Both the position numbers and the translations under genes were made by a program. The notes under the pieces are model-generated. The model ran no database searches. It saw only the letters and a list, made by a program, of their open reading frames with translations, and was not told the DNA's origin. 64,000 nucleotides of DNA from a virus: positions 8,077 through 72,076 of the IMG/VR virus record IMGVR_UViG_3300035193_000030. One strand, given 5' to 3'. Positions 1-9,499 of the stretch are shown here, in pieces (within the stretch, counting starts at the first letter, position 1; every line of letters starts with the position of its first letter).

Positions 1-57
1 ACCTTCTTTTTTTGCTTCGTTTACTGAATCTGCTGTTTGACTAATTTCTTTTTTCAT
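1..57 (-). CDS. 5' part of an early-region protein running off the window (MKKEISQTADSVNEAKKRR...)
   Basis: ATG at 57 after an AT-rich leader, open to the window edge, just downstream of the hammerhead. Confidence 0.45.
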   Translation of the reverse strand, partial: MKKEISQTADSVNEAKKEG

Positions 58-75
58 AATGTATTATTTTAGTTT

Positions 76-125
76 GACATAGACCTAATCGTAGGTTTCG
101 ATTATTAAAATCTCATCAGTATGCC
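76..125 (-). ncRNA. Type I hammerhead ribozyme
   Basis: Minus strand reads GGCAUA-CUGAUGA-GAUU(UUAAU)AAUC-GAAA-CCUA(CGAU)UAGG-UC-UAUGUC: complete core, three paired stems, GUC cleavage triplet. Confidence 0.9.
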
Positions 126-195
126 TGAGAAAGGAGAAGGGGGGCACTCAAAGAGAATGCCCCCAGAATAAACATACTCCCATGACCCATGAAGA

Positions 196-720
196 TTAAT
201 TTATATCAGCTAATTGCTCTATTTCTTCTTCATTATATAATGAGCATAGATTTTTATATTCATTGCATACAGCAATGTATGTTTTTTCTGCTTTACGGGA
301 ATCTACATCATACCCAAATTCATTACAAAAATCTTCAAACGACCCAACGTCGTATTTTTCCATACAAGCCAGAATGTCATAAAAAGATGGTGGCTTCGGG
401 TAGTCTATTTTATCATTATTATTTATTGTAAAATATTTATTGCCGAATAAATATTTCTTCAAAGTGCCATTTTCATGTAATAGTCCTTTCAATTCATTTC
501 GTGTAAATTCTCTAGTTGCAATTTTGTATCTACTATTTGCAATAGAATTGCCAAATGTAAAAGAAAAAGAACGTAAACCCCTGGAAAGGGTAATATTATA
601 AATATCTCTTTCTTCTTTGTCATCATCAAAATATTTATCTGTTTTTAAATATTCTATTGTCATTTTTGAGTTTGTTTTTTTCAAAAATGATTTTGCTTTT
701 AAATTATAATCAGTTTTCAT
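196..720 (-). CDS. Hypothetical early protein (174 aa)
   Basis: Long ORF with AT-rich leader; C-terminal SFEDFCNEFGYDVDSRKAEKTY resembles a motif recurrent in phage hypothetical proteins. Confidence 0.75.
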   Translation of the reverse strand: MKTDYNLKAKSFLKKTNSKMTIEYLKTDKYFDDDKEERDIYNITLSRGLRSFSFTFGNSIANSRYKIATREFTRNELKGLLHENGTLKKYLFGNKYFTINNNDKIDYPKPPSFYDILACMEKYDVGSFEDFCNEFGYDVDSRKAEKTYIAVCNEYKNLCSLYNEEEIEQLADIN

Positions 721-880
721 AATTTATAATTTTAGTTAAACATTAAATTAGCAGCTTATCAATGAATCGAACATCAATATAAAACACCAGTTAAGCTAAA
801 AAACACCCTCTTACCTAACAAAACGAAAGAAAAGAGGGTGTGAAAGGTTCTTATAATTTTTTCAAATCCCAGCGGATTAA

Positions 881-1096
881 TTAAAGAAAAAATTCTTCAT
901 TATCATATCCTTCAGGGATTGCCCAAAGATCATCTTTTTGATACAACGTGTATTTTACACCTGTGTCAGGATCAATTTTATAAGCATTGTTTAAAACATC
1001 TTCCCATGTTTCCCAATAGAATGCATTTTCAGGGTTATTTAATTCATCTGAATTATCAAAATCCCATATCCAGTAAGAATTTTGAGGGTTATACAT
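881..1096 (-). CDS. Acidic hypothetical early protein
   Basis: Protein-like acidic/aromatic composition; the true start may lie upstream. Confidence 0.55.
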   Translation of the reverse strand: MYNPQNSYWIWDFDNSDELNNPENAFYWETWEDVLNNAYKIDPDTGVKYTLYQKDDLWAIPEGYDNEEFFL

Positions 1097-1204
1097 TTGA
1101 TAAAATGTCTGTGGTATATAAATACCGTGATGATTATCAATTAAACAATTGGTTCTAATTTCGTTTCCATAATCTTTATGGTATTAATCCTCTGCATTAT
1201 TGCA

Positions 1205-1271
1205 TTGTCCCTTCTCCCGGAATCGAACCAGGAACGCTTATTATTTCACGTTTAACCATATTTAGAAGGGT
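1205..1271 (-). ncRNA. tRNA-like element (acceptor stem plus T-arm, degenerate D and anticodon arms)
   Basis: Minus strand CCCUUCU...CCUGG-UUCGAUU-CCGGG-AGAAGGG-ACAA; no canonical D arm or 7-nt anticodon loop. Confidence 0.5.
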
Positions 1272-1458
1272 TTGTAAAAGAAGGAGAGTAACCAAACACG
1301 GCTACTCTCAGAATTTAGTTTAACCTATAAACTAACAAACCATGAAAAAACTAAATTATTTGTATTGCTTTCATAAAAAACAATATGAACGTACACAAAG
1401 TTATAAAAAATAATAACCGGCTGTGTATAATTCGTAAGTAAATGCGTATTGTTTTCAT

Positions 1459-1686
1459 TTAGTTACAGATTTGTAAATGTGATTCGTTTAATTTAGTAAC
1501 GACCTTAATTTTCAAATCGTTGAAAAAGAAAGTTTTCTTTAATTTAAGTCTTTTCAATAATGAAAATCCTGCTAACAATACTTTTGAATGGCTTACGGTT
1601 TCAAAAAATGTAATTATTCTTTGAGGAGGAATAGGTAAGATTTCAACCGTCTCCCATGGGTTGTACGTGTCAAAAATTGCTTTCAT
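1459..1686 (-). CDS. Hypothetical early protein
   Basis: ORF with AT-rich leader, co-oriented with neighbours. Confidence 0.55.
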   Translation of the reverse strand: MKAIFDTYNPWETVEILPIPPQRIITFFETVSHSKVLLAGFSLLKRLKLKKTFFFNDLKIKVVTKLNESHLQICN

Positions 1687-1845
1687 AATAATCTTATTTT
1701 TTAATTTGACATTTATTTAATTTTTACTACTGCAAAAACCCGAACACTGCAAGCAGGCCGGGTAATAGAAATGTTATTTCGGGAAAGTTACGTTGCGTAA
1801 TAAGAACGATCCCAAAATAAAAATGAGTACAAAAATTAAAATTAC

Positions 1846-2196
1846 CATAATTGCTAAATTTAATTGGTTAAGACAACCAGTTTTTTTACTGGTTGTTTCG
1901 GTTACAAAAACCTCATCAGTTAACCTTATAATCTTTTGAAAAATGTTGTTTTAAGGAACAAAAATGAGAAAGATTTAATGGAATTGTAAACCAATGTCCC
2001 AATACTTTTAAATGCATTTCATTGTTATAAATTTGCCCTACGCTATTTCCATTTCCTCCATCACGTATGGATAATATGTGTGATCTTTCGTCTGTCCCCC
2101 TTTCGAGTTGAATAAGAAATTTATTAATTTCATCAGGTTGATAAATGTAATATCCTTCTTTTAGTGTTTTCATAATTGCTAAATTTAATTGGTTAA
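1846..2196 (-). repeat. 26-bp direct repeat forming identical translation-initiation leaders (1846-1871 and 2171-2196)
   Basis: cataattgctaaatttaattggttaa occurs twice. On the minus strand each copy ends in an ATG, opening the 85-aa ORF and a 24-aa hydrophobic ORF at 1774-1848. Confidence 0.75.
1916..2173 (-). CDS. Hypothetical early protein
   Basis: ORF preceded by the repeated leader. Confidence 0.65.
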   Translation of the reverse strand: MKTLKEGYYIYQPDEINKFLIQLERGTDERSHILSIRDGGNGNSVGQIYNNEMHLKVLGHWFTIPLNLSHFCSLKQHFSKDYKVN

Positions 2197-2651
2197 TAAA
2201 AAATGTAAATAATAATAGTGAAACGGCAATAGTTACGACCTACGAATTATTTACATAAAAAATGTAAATACAGACAGTAATTAATATTACTATACCATTC
2301 CAAATTTAACCAAAAAATAAAATGAATTAATTTAATTATGAAAATTACACAACGAACATAGTTTAATGAATGAATGCCTGAAAGTATTTCACACATACCA
2401 ATTGACATTATAAGTACAAACATTAATACCGAGTATTTGAGTTACTCGTGTATAGCGCCTTACGATTTTGACTCTTTTCGGTGTACGGTTTGCCGATTCG
2501 TGAATTATCAGTATACATACTGAATGTACGTTTGCCCGCCTCTACGCTACACAATGTTCATTATTTCAAAGGACATACGAACCAAAGTTGGTTCGGTGGG
2601 TAATTGTTACATTTAATTGTGAATGAACGTAACTTGTAATTTGTTATGGTA

Positions 2652-2681
2652 AATGTACGAAAAAAAGGTAATACGTGTCAA
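2652..2681 (-). promoter_or_regulatory. Putative strong leftward early promoter
   Basis: TTGACA-N18-TACATT on the minus strand; the -10 also reads TACATTTA, close to the Bacteroidota TAnnTTTG. Confidence 0.55.
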
Positions 2682-3460
2682 GGATTTTAACACTTTTTTT
2701 ATAAATATTTTATAAAAAAGTACATAATGGGGTTGGGCATACTGAAAGCACTGGTAGTGTAGGAGATTGGGTGTCGAATAATTGGGGTAAATTGGTGGAA
2801 AAAACGTAAATTTATACTGGTACCCTTCGCGTCTGAACGCTCGGAAACACTTGTGAACAAAGGCGGAGCGATGGATTGGTAGGGGCAAATGAGGAGAATA
2901 GTTAAAAGGGGGTTTAACCAGGTTGTAAAAAAGTGAGGGAATGGGTGTGAATGTGACAATGAATAAGGTCATAACAGTAACAATAGTAGTTATGTGTAAT
3001 GTACGAATGACAATAAACAGGGTTGTAGGGGGTGTGAGACAATGGAGTAGAGAGTGTCTGGATACCGCATGGGTAGGGGGGTGCATGCGTTCGGCGTATG
3101 CACGTATACGTGATTGGCTCGGTCACGGTATAAAAATCCGCACAAATTTTTTAGGGAAAAAACAAAATCACGGGAAACGGATTAACCTAATATCAGAACC
3201 CCCAAACTTCTATATAAATAATAAACTAATACACGACCCCCATTTACATACAGTATCAGTAGATATGTTTGAGGGGGTAGATAAAGAAGAATTGAGAAAA
3301 AAGATTGAACAGTCAATACAACAATCACATACATTTGAATATAAAGGACATGATAATGGATTTTGTGTGTTTGATTTAACAACATGAAAATCCATTTTTT
3401 TATTTTATAAAAGGGTGGGAAAAATTTTGTAAAAAAATTTAGGTAAAAAATAAAAACAAT

Positions 3461-4069
3461 ATGAGACAGTCTAAAATAGATCAGAAAGTGATGCGGTTAA
3501 AAAGAGAAAAAATGGTAAGGGTGCAGAAACTTGAACCATTGGGAAAGAATCGTATTTTGTTTAAAGGATTACATGATTTGCCTGAGATTACGGATGAGTT
3601 TTTGGAAGCGGTACGATATTATGCTTCATTAGGATATACGGATAGACAATTGGCTAAACATTTCCATATGTCCGTGCATAACGTGGCGTATTTGGTGGAT
3701 AATAATGTGGATTTTCGTGAGGCGGTGTTGAGTGGGAGGGATGAAATAAATATGCAGGTTGAGATGTCGTTTGCAAGGTTGGCAAAAGGGTATAAATACC
3801 CTGACATAGAATTGTATTATTATAAAGGGGAGGTTATACAGGTTCCGGTAAAGAAAACGCAGCATCCGAATGCATACGCCGCTTATAAATGGTTAGTGAA
3901 CCGTTGTCCGGAACGTTGGAAAGATAAAAAGACAATTGAGGGTGATATGAATCTGAACGTAATGCGAAATGTAGATTTAAAAGATTTCACGGATGCCGAG
4001 TTGCTGGCAATTGAGAAAATAGGTTTAACAAAGATGATGGGTGAGAATGCAAGTAAACGAGTTAATTAG
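3461..4069 (+). CDS. Terminase small subunit
   Basis: HTH-like N-terminal part, LAKGY..HPN..A..WL.NRCPERW motif, directly upstream of the large subunit. Confidence 0.8.
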   Translation: MRQSKIDQKVMRLKREKMVRVQKLEPLGKNRILFKGLHDLPEITDEFLEAVRYYASLGYTDRQLAKHFHMSVHNVAYLVDNNVDFREAVLSGRDEINMQVEMSFARLAKGYKYPDIELYYYKGEVIQVPVKKTQHPNAYAAYKWLVNRCPERWKDKKTIEGDMNLNVMRNVDLKDFTDAELLAIEKIGLTKMMGENASKRVN

Positions 4070-5636
4070 AGAAAAAAGTATTGATGAAGGAAATAAGGTA
4101 GCATTAAGCAGTTCGTTCCTTTCCACGAAGGAGGAACGTGCTGCTGAAGCTGTTAAAAGCCCGGTGGCGATTCGCCGGGAGTTGAATACACGTTCTTTGT
4201 ATACGTTTTTGGAGTATTTTTGGGATGTGGTGTCAAATGATGAATTTAAACCCAATTGGCATATACGGTATTTGTGTGCTGAGTTGCAGAAAATTGCAGA
4301 GAGGGTAGGAGAGAATAAACCGAAGGAATACGATTTGATTATTAATATTCCGCCTGGGATGACCAAGACAATCATTTGTTCCATTATGTTCCCGGCGTGG
4401 TGTTGGACACGGTGGTTTTATATGCGGTTTATTACGGCAAGTTACGGGGCGATATTATCTTTGGAGTCTGCGGAATACAGCCGTGATCTGATTCGTAGTG
4501 ACAGATTTAGAATGGTGTACCCGGAATTATCTATTAAAGAGGATAAGGATACAAAAAGTAATTTTAAAATAGTGAAACTGAAAGATTCGATGAAAGGGAG
4601 AGGAGTGGCATTGAGAGGAGTTAATGGAGGGAATAGGTATAGTACATCGGTAGGAGGGGCGTTGATAGGGTTTCATGGTCACATTCATATTGTGGATGAC
4701 CCGTTGGATCCGAAACGGGCAGCTAGTGATATTGAGTTGCAGAAAGCGAACCATTGGTGTGACCAGACCCTTTCAACACGTAAGACGGATAAGAAAGTGA
4801 CCACATTAATTTTAATAATGCAGAGATTACACCAGAATGACCCATCTGGGCATATGTTAGAGAAGAAAGGGAAGAAGATAAAACACATTTGTTTGCCTGG
4901 GGAATTGAAGAATTTCAGACAATACGTTTCCCCTCCTGAAATGGAATTGAAATACAGGAAGGATTTATTAGATCCAGTAAGATTAGGATGGGATGAATTG
5001 AATGAAATGGAAATGGATTTGGGACAATATGGATATGCCGGACAGGTAGGGCAAAATCCAGTTCCTCCAGGAGGAGGAATGTTTAAGGTTGACCATTTTC
5101 AGATTGTAGATAAAGTTCCTAACAATCCATTTTGTATAGCAAGGGTGCGGTATTGGGATAAAGCAGGAACACAAGGGGGAGGGGCATATACGGCGGGAGT
5201 TAGAATGGTTCAATTAGTGAATGGGAAATGGGTTATTGAAGATGTTAAGAGGGGACAATGGTCAAATGAATTGAGGGAGGATATTATTCGGGAAACGGCA
5301 GAAGCAGACGGAAAAAGAGTGGATATTTGGATTGAACAAGAGCCTGGTAGTGGAGGAAAAGAAAGTGCAGAGGGAACAATACGAAATTTAGCAGGGTATG
5401 TTTGCAATGCGGAATGCCCTACAGGAAAGAAAGAATTTAGGGCTGACCCGTATAGTGTGCAGGTAAACAATGGAAATGTACTTTTATTACGAGCACATTG
5501 GAATAAGGAGTTTATTGAAGAACATCGTTTCTATCCATACAGTACGTATAAAGATCAGGTTGATGCCGCAGCAGCAGCATTTAATCATCTTGCAGGAAAA
5601 AGGATAGCAAAGGTTTGGAAAAGGAGAAGAAGGTAA
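4041..5636 (+). CDS. Terminase large subunit
   Basis: INIPPGMTKT Walker A variant, IVDDP Walker B, MQRLH motif, RNase H-like nuclease (YWD...DQVDA). Confidence 0.95.
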   Translation: MRMQVNELIREKSIDEGNKVALSSSFLSTKEERAAEAVKSPVAIRRELNTRSLYTFLEYFWDVVSNDEFKPNWHIRYLCAELQKIAERVGENKPKEYDLIINIPPGMTKTIICSIMFPAWCWTRWFYMRFITASYGAILSLESAEYSRDLIRSDRFRMVYPELSIKEDKDTKSNFKIVKLKDSMKGRGVALRGVNGGNRYSTSVGGALIGFHGHIHIVDDPLDPKRAASDIELQKANHWCDQTLSTRKTDKKVTTLILIMQRLHQNDPSGHMLEKKGKKIKHICLPGELKNFRQYVSPPEMELKYRKDLLDPVRLGWDELNEMEMDLGQYGYAGQVGQNPVPPGGGMFKVDHFQIVDKVPNNPFCIARVRYWDKAGTQGGGAYTAGVRMVQLVNGKWVIEDVKRGQWSNELREDIIRETAEADGKRVDIWIEQEPGSGGKESAEGTIRNLAGYVCNAECPTGKKEFRADPYSVQVNNGNVLLLRAHWNKEFIEEHRFYPYSTYKDQVDAAAAAFNHLAGKRIAKVWKRRRR

Positions 5637-5669
5637 TACAATATATTTATTAATTTAATTTTTTATTTT

Positions 5670-5888
5670 ATGACAACAAAGGCAGAATTATTAAAAGGGG
5701 TAATTAAATTTTTTAATTATGAAAAAGGATATGGTTTTGTAATTGATACCATGTCTGCGAAAGAGTTCTTTTTCCACGTAACTGATATAGCAGATAACAA
5801 TAAGGTATTACAGAAGGATGAAGATGTCTTTTTTTCGTTAACAGAAGGAAAAAAAGGTGTGAAAGCAATAAATGTAAAAAGGCAATAG
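5670..5888 (+). CDS. Cold-shock domain protein
   Basis: KFFNYEKGYGFV (RNP1), FFHVT (RNP2), GKKGVKAINV. Confidence 0.92.
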   Translation: MTTKAELLKGVIKFFNYEKGYGFVIDTMSAKEFFFHVTDIADNNKVLQKDEDVFFSLTEGKKGVKAINVKRQ

Positions 5889-5893
5889 AGGTT

Positions 5894-6241
5894 ATGGCAT
5901 CAGAAATTTTGTATAAAGGAGATGGTATTTTAAAGTTAACGGCTTCGTTTGCTACAGGGAAAACATGGGGAAGCTATGAAGAAGTTATTGTAGAAGCAAT
6001 AGATAAGAATGGGGTTGTAATTCAAGAGGCAGGCTATCCTGCCTCAGTTGCAGATACAGATTTATATGTACCAGATACAACTTCGCCGATTATGTATTTT
6101 TACATGTTGTCCTCAAATAGGAATTTGTTTAGTGGGGCGGTTACTTGGAAACTTAAATATAAAGAAGCAAATGCAAGATTTACAGATGATTCTTATTACA
6201 ATCCAACATTTGAATTAAAAGGTATATATTTATCACTATGA
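5894..6241 (+). CDS. Hypothetical protein, possible beta-sandwich virion component
   Basis: ORF in the late operon with beta-strand-like alternation. Confidence 0.6.
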   Translation: MASEILYKGDGILKLTASFATGKTWGSYEEVIVEAIDKNGVVIQEAGYPASVADTDLYVPDTTSPIMYFYMLSSNRNLFSGAVTWKLKYKEANARFTDDSYYNPTFELKGIYLSL

Positions 6242-6417
6242 TATTAGAAAGTGTAGAAATAGTAGACAGGACGGAATTAATTGGAGTGGAAATAGTAGAC
6301 AGGACGGAATTAATAGATGTTGAGATTGCTTCACCTGATGAAATAGCTTGGATTTTAGATAATGGTGTGTGGAATGATGATGGACAATGGATTGACACAG
6401 AAGTTTGGGAAGATTAA
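6238..6417 (+). CDS. 59-aa acidic Trp-rich protein (not in the ORF track)
   Basis: ATGA overlap with the upstream stop; MILESVEIVDRTELIGVEIVDRTELIDVEIASPDEIAWILDNGVWNDDGQWIDTEVWED, with an internal 33-bp-period duplication. Confidence 0.65.
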   Translation: MILESVEIVDRTELIGVEIVDRTELIDVEIASPDEIAWILDNGVWNDDGQWIDTEVWED

Positions 6418-6429
6418 AAATAACATATT

Positions 6430-6675
6430 ATGAAAAAAGAATTTGAAGAACAAGGAAAGAAGTTTACAATGGAGGTTACTAAATTAAAAGAAGATAAGAA
6501 ACAGCCATATGTATATTATTCTATTAAAACTAAAGGGAAAGATTATGAGGCAGAAGTAACGGTTGCTGAAAAGCATTTGATGATTCAAATTAAGGAGGAA
6601 GAAAGAAAGGCTAGAGGAATTGGAAGTGCAAAATTAGATATAAATGAAGTATTAAAAGAGAAAGGGTTTAAATGA
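6430..6675 (+). CDS. Hypothetical protein
   Basis: Operon-spaced ORF. Confidence 0.6.
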   Translation: MKKEFEEQGKKFTMEVTKLKEDKKQPYVYYSIKTKGKDYEAEVTVAEKHLMIQIKEEERKARGIGSAKLDINEVLKEKGFK

Positions 6676-7007
6676 TGAAGAAATTTATATTGTTCATTTT
6701 ATTATTGTTTTTTGTGGTATTAGTAAGGGCACAAGAAAATAGTGAAATTGATTATTACGTTTGTAAGAGTAAGTTTATTGCAAAGAGAGTTGTAAAAAGA
6801 TTTGATAAGGCGTGTATTGCTAAAGAATGGTTTTATGAGAATGAGGAATATTATATCGAATTAGAAGAAGGAGAAATATGTGAATATTATAAATTCTTAG
6901 GAATTGTAAAAATATTTTGCATCCCACGTAGGGCAATTTGCAATATACGGGAATTTACGGTTTTTGATGATGGATTTATTTGGGATGACGAAAATATGGA
7001 ATTATGA
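6672..7007 (+). CDS. Hypothetical protein with Sec-type signal peptide
   Basis: MMKKFILFILLLFFVVLVRA-QE. Confidence 0.65.
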   Translation: MMKKFILFILLLFFVVLVRAQENSEIDYYVCKSKFIAKRVVKRFDKACIAKEWFYENEEYYIELEEGEICEYYKFLGIVKIFCIPRRAICNIREFTVFDDGFIWDDENMEL

Positions 7008-8377
7008 AAAGGATAATAATTTTTTTGGTAATTATTAGTGCAGTTATCTGCCTTGCCCCAATTGCGAATATAGAAAATGGTGAAAGCGGGTTGTCTGTGA
7101 GAAATAAATTGAATAAGGTTATAGATTCACTTAATTATTCTTTTGCAAGTAAGGATACCCTTGTTAATTTTAATGATGAAGCGGCACAAGATGCAGTAGG
7201 AAATATATTAACAGATGGCACGACAATAGATTTTACATATAATGATGGTACACCAAGTATTACGGCTGAGGTAATAAACAGTTCTGTTTCCTATTCAAAA
7301 ATACAGAATATATCTGCTACAGATAAAGTGCTTGGAAGAGTAACAGCAGGAGCGGGAGTTATTGAAGAAATAACATGTACATCGGCAGGAAGGGCATTAC
7401 TGGATGATGCTGATGCTTCAGCACAAAGGGCAACACTTGATGTAGACCAGGCAGGAACAGATAATAGCACGAATGTTTCACTTAATGCTTCTGCTACAAC
7501 GGGAGGATTGTCAATTTCTACACAGGAAATTAGTTTCAGGGCAGCTACAAACGCACAAACAGGATATGCTACTGCTTCTCATATTACGGCTATTGAAGCA
7601 AATACAGCAAAAGAAACAAATGCAACTCATACAGGGGATGTAACAGGAAGTGGAGAATTAACTATAGCTTCTGATGCGGTAGATGATACTCATATAGATT
7701 GGGGAACAGGAGCAAATCAGGTAAGTACGGTTGATATTCCGGAAGAAACAAATCTTTATTATACAGAAGTTCGGGTTAGTGCAAATACAGATGTATCTGC
7801 TAATACTTCTGCAAGACATAATGCTGTTACAGTAAGTGGAACACCTGATTATATTACTTTATCAGGACAAGATATTGTGCGAGGACAAGTGGATTTAACT
7901 TCTGATGTAACAGGAAATTTATCGATTTCTAATTTAAATTCAGGAATAGGAGCTACTTCATCTTCATTCTGGAATGGTAATGGTTCATGGGTAGAAATTC
8001 CAGATACGATTCCAATATTTGTATTTGGGGCAGGGGTTGGAAATGCAGGAGATACCTTAGCTTTTGATACAGATAATTTTTATGGTGTTTTTTATAATGT
8101 AAAAGATACTATTGTTGTAACTGAAATAAGGGGAGTTCTTCAAGGATCATCCCCAAGCGTTGCTGTTCAGGTTAGCTGGCATGCTACATTAGGGAGCGGT
8201 TCAGCAACTAATTTAAATACAGCTGCTCCAACTTTAACAAGCACAACTACAGGAGATTCTGATACAAGCTTTGATAATAATGAAATACCTCCTAATGTTT
8301 TTATATGGTGCAAAACTCCTACAGTTACGACAAAACCAACTATGATGATATTAACTTTAATAGGATATAGAAAATGA
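7004..8377 (+). CDS. Fibre-like Thr/Ser/Gly/Asp-rich protein with N-terminal signal peptide
   Basis: Hydrophobic N-terminus, then IENGESGLSVRNKLN, GRALLDDADASAQRATL and THTGDVTGS segments typical of phage fibre proteins. Confidence 0.7.
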   Translation: MKRIIIFLVIISAVICLAPIANIENGESGLSVRNKLNKVIDSLNYSFASKDTLVNFNDEAAQDAVGNILTDGTTIDFTYNDGTPSITAEVINSSVSYSKIQNISATDKVLGRVTAGAGVIEEITCTSAGRALLDDADASAQRATLDVDQAGTDNSTNVSLNASATTGGLSISTQEISFRAATNAQTGYATASHITAIEANTAKETNATHTGDVTGSGELTIASDAVDDTHIDWGTGANQVSTVDIPEETNLYYTEVRVSANTDVSANTSARHNAVTVSGTPDYITLSGQDIVRGQVDLTSDVTGNLSISNLNSGIGATSSSFWNGNGSWVEIPDTIPIFVFGAGVGNAGDTLAFDTDNFYGVFYNVKDTIVVTEIRGVLQGSSPSVAVQVSWHATLGSGSATNLNTAAPTLTSTTTGDSDTSFDNNEIPPNVFIWCKTPTVTTKPTMMILTLIGYRK

Positions 8378-9036
8378 AAAAACTGTTAATAAGTATATTA
8401 TTTATATATAGTATAATAGGATCATCTCAACTTATCTCAAGATATCCTATGTATATTCCTTATCGAGAATTTGATATATCTGATAAATTATACTTTGATA
8501 ATTTTGATTCATATGCATTAGGTTCTACATTAGATGGACAAGGTGGATGGGCATCTGTTTTTAATTCAATACAAGTTCACCCTTCTTATTATTCTTTTCG
8601 AGGACTTTCTTCCTATTCACTGCATTGGAAACCAGATAGTTTAACTGAAACTGATGATCAAGTAGCTGGAATAGATTTTGAAATATTACAAGCTACTGGG
8701 GCTGATGTTGGTATTGCATTAAGGGTTAACCCGGATAATGGGGGTACTGCATATGTTTATATGATAAATAGCACAACTACTTATTTCGGACGGTGGCTTG
8801 AAGGAAGTTATTTAAATTTAGCATCTGGGGGTCATTCAGAGACTACAGGTACCCTAAGTATGGAAGTTGAAGGAAATACTATTCGTTGTTATTTAAACGG
8901 GGAATTAAATACTGCCCTTACCGGAGGGACTGGTATTTTTACAAATACTGCTATTCCAACAGGTAAAGGTGTTGGAATTTATGTTTATCAGCTAGGGTAT
9001 GCTATTGGGGACAATTGGTATGCACATGATTTATAA
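8374..9036 (+). CDS. Signal-peptide protein with ConA-like/lectin beta-sandwich
   Basis: DNFDSY..G..LDGQGGW, GIALRV, LSMEVEGNTIRCYLNG, GVGIY, DNW pattern. Confidence 0.6.
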   Translation: MKKLLISILFIYSIIGSSQLISRYPMYIPYREFDISDKLYFDNFDSYALGSTLDGQGGWASVFNSIQVHPSYYSFRGLSSYSLHWKPDSLTETDDQVAGIDFEILQATGADVGIALRVNPDNGGTAYVYMINSTTTYFGRWLEGSYLNLASGGHSETTGTLSMEVEGNTIRCYLNGELNTALTGGTGIFTNTAIPTGKGVGIYVYQLGYAIGDNWYAHDL

Positions 9037-9051
9037 TTAAAATTTAAAGCT

Positions 9052-9333
9052 ATGAAACTAAAAAATCATTTAGAGTATATGGGAAGTGTTTATTTATTTT
9101 TTATTTTGTTTATAGGTTTTATACTTCTTACACAATGCACATATTCAGCATTAATTAAATCATCGCTTCCAGAACGTGATAAATACACCATAATTAACGA
9201 ACGATGTTCGGGTGATACAAACTACTATGAAATAAAAGATAATGGCACAGGGCTTGAAATATGGCTTAAAAAGGATAAATTTGATATAGGCTCTGAAATA
9301 GGATTAAACGTATCAATAAAAATTATGTTATAA
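9052..9333 (+). CDS. Membrane-anchored hypothetical protein (possible lipoprotein)
   Basis: Hydrophobic segment ending LLTQC. Confidence 0.55.
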   Translation: MKLKNHLEYMGSVYLFFILFIGFILLTQCTYSALIKSSLPERDKYTIINERCSGDTNYYEIKDNGTGLEIWLKKDKFDIGSEIGLNVSIKIML

Positions 9334-9364
9334 TAAAAGAAGTTAACAATTAAAATTTAAAGTT

Positions 9365-9499
9365 ATGTCAAACGGTTCAACAAAACATCCTCCCCCGCCT
9401 GGTGGTGGAGGATTAACTGCAAAGAAAACCGATAATTGGTTACAAAAATTTTATAAATGGTTAAAAGGCTTATTTAATGAGAATAAAAGCGATAAGTGA
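9365..9499 (+). CDS. 44-aa peptide MSNGSTKHPPPPGGGGLTAKKTDNWLQKFYKWLKGLFNENKSDK (not in the ORF track)
   Basis: Shares the 20-nt leader aattaaaatttaaagYtatg with the 9052 ORF; amphipathic C-terminal helix. Confidence 0.5.
   Translation: MSNGSTKHPPPPGGGGLTAKKTDNWLQKFYKWLKGLFNENKSDK

Noticed and set aside
1205-1271. Functional tRNA gene
   Set aside because: No proper D-arm or 7-nt anticodon loop; kept only as a tRNA-like element
1725-1770. Twister or other ribozyme at the CCCG...CTGC AA GCAG...CGGG hairpin
   Set aside because: Could not place the conserved core or pseudoknots
2440-2560. c-di-GMP-I riboswitch (GGCAAAC motifs)
   Set aside because: The downstream GNRA stem and GACGCAAAG elements are missing
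2613-3395. Several overlapping ORFs in the G-skewed region
   Set aside because: Compositionally odd (His/Pro/Thr or Val/Gly rich), mutually overlapping, with no family motifs
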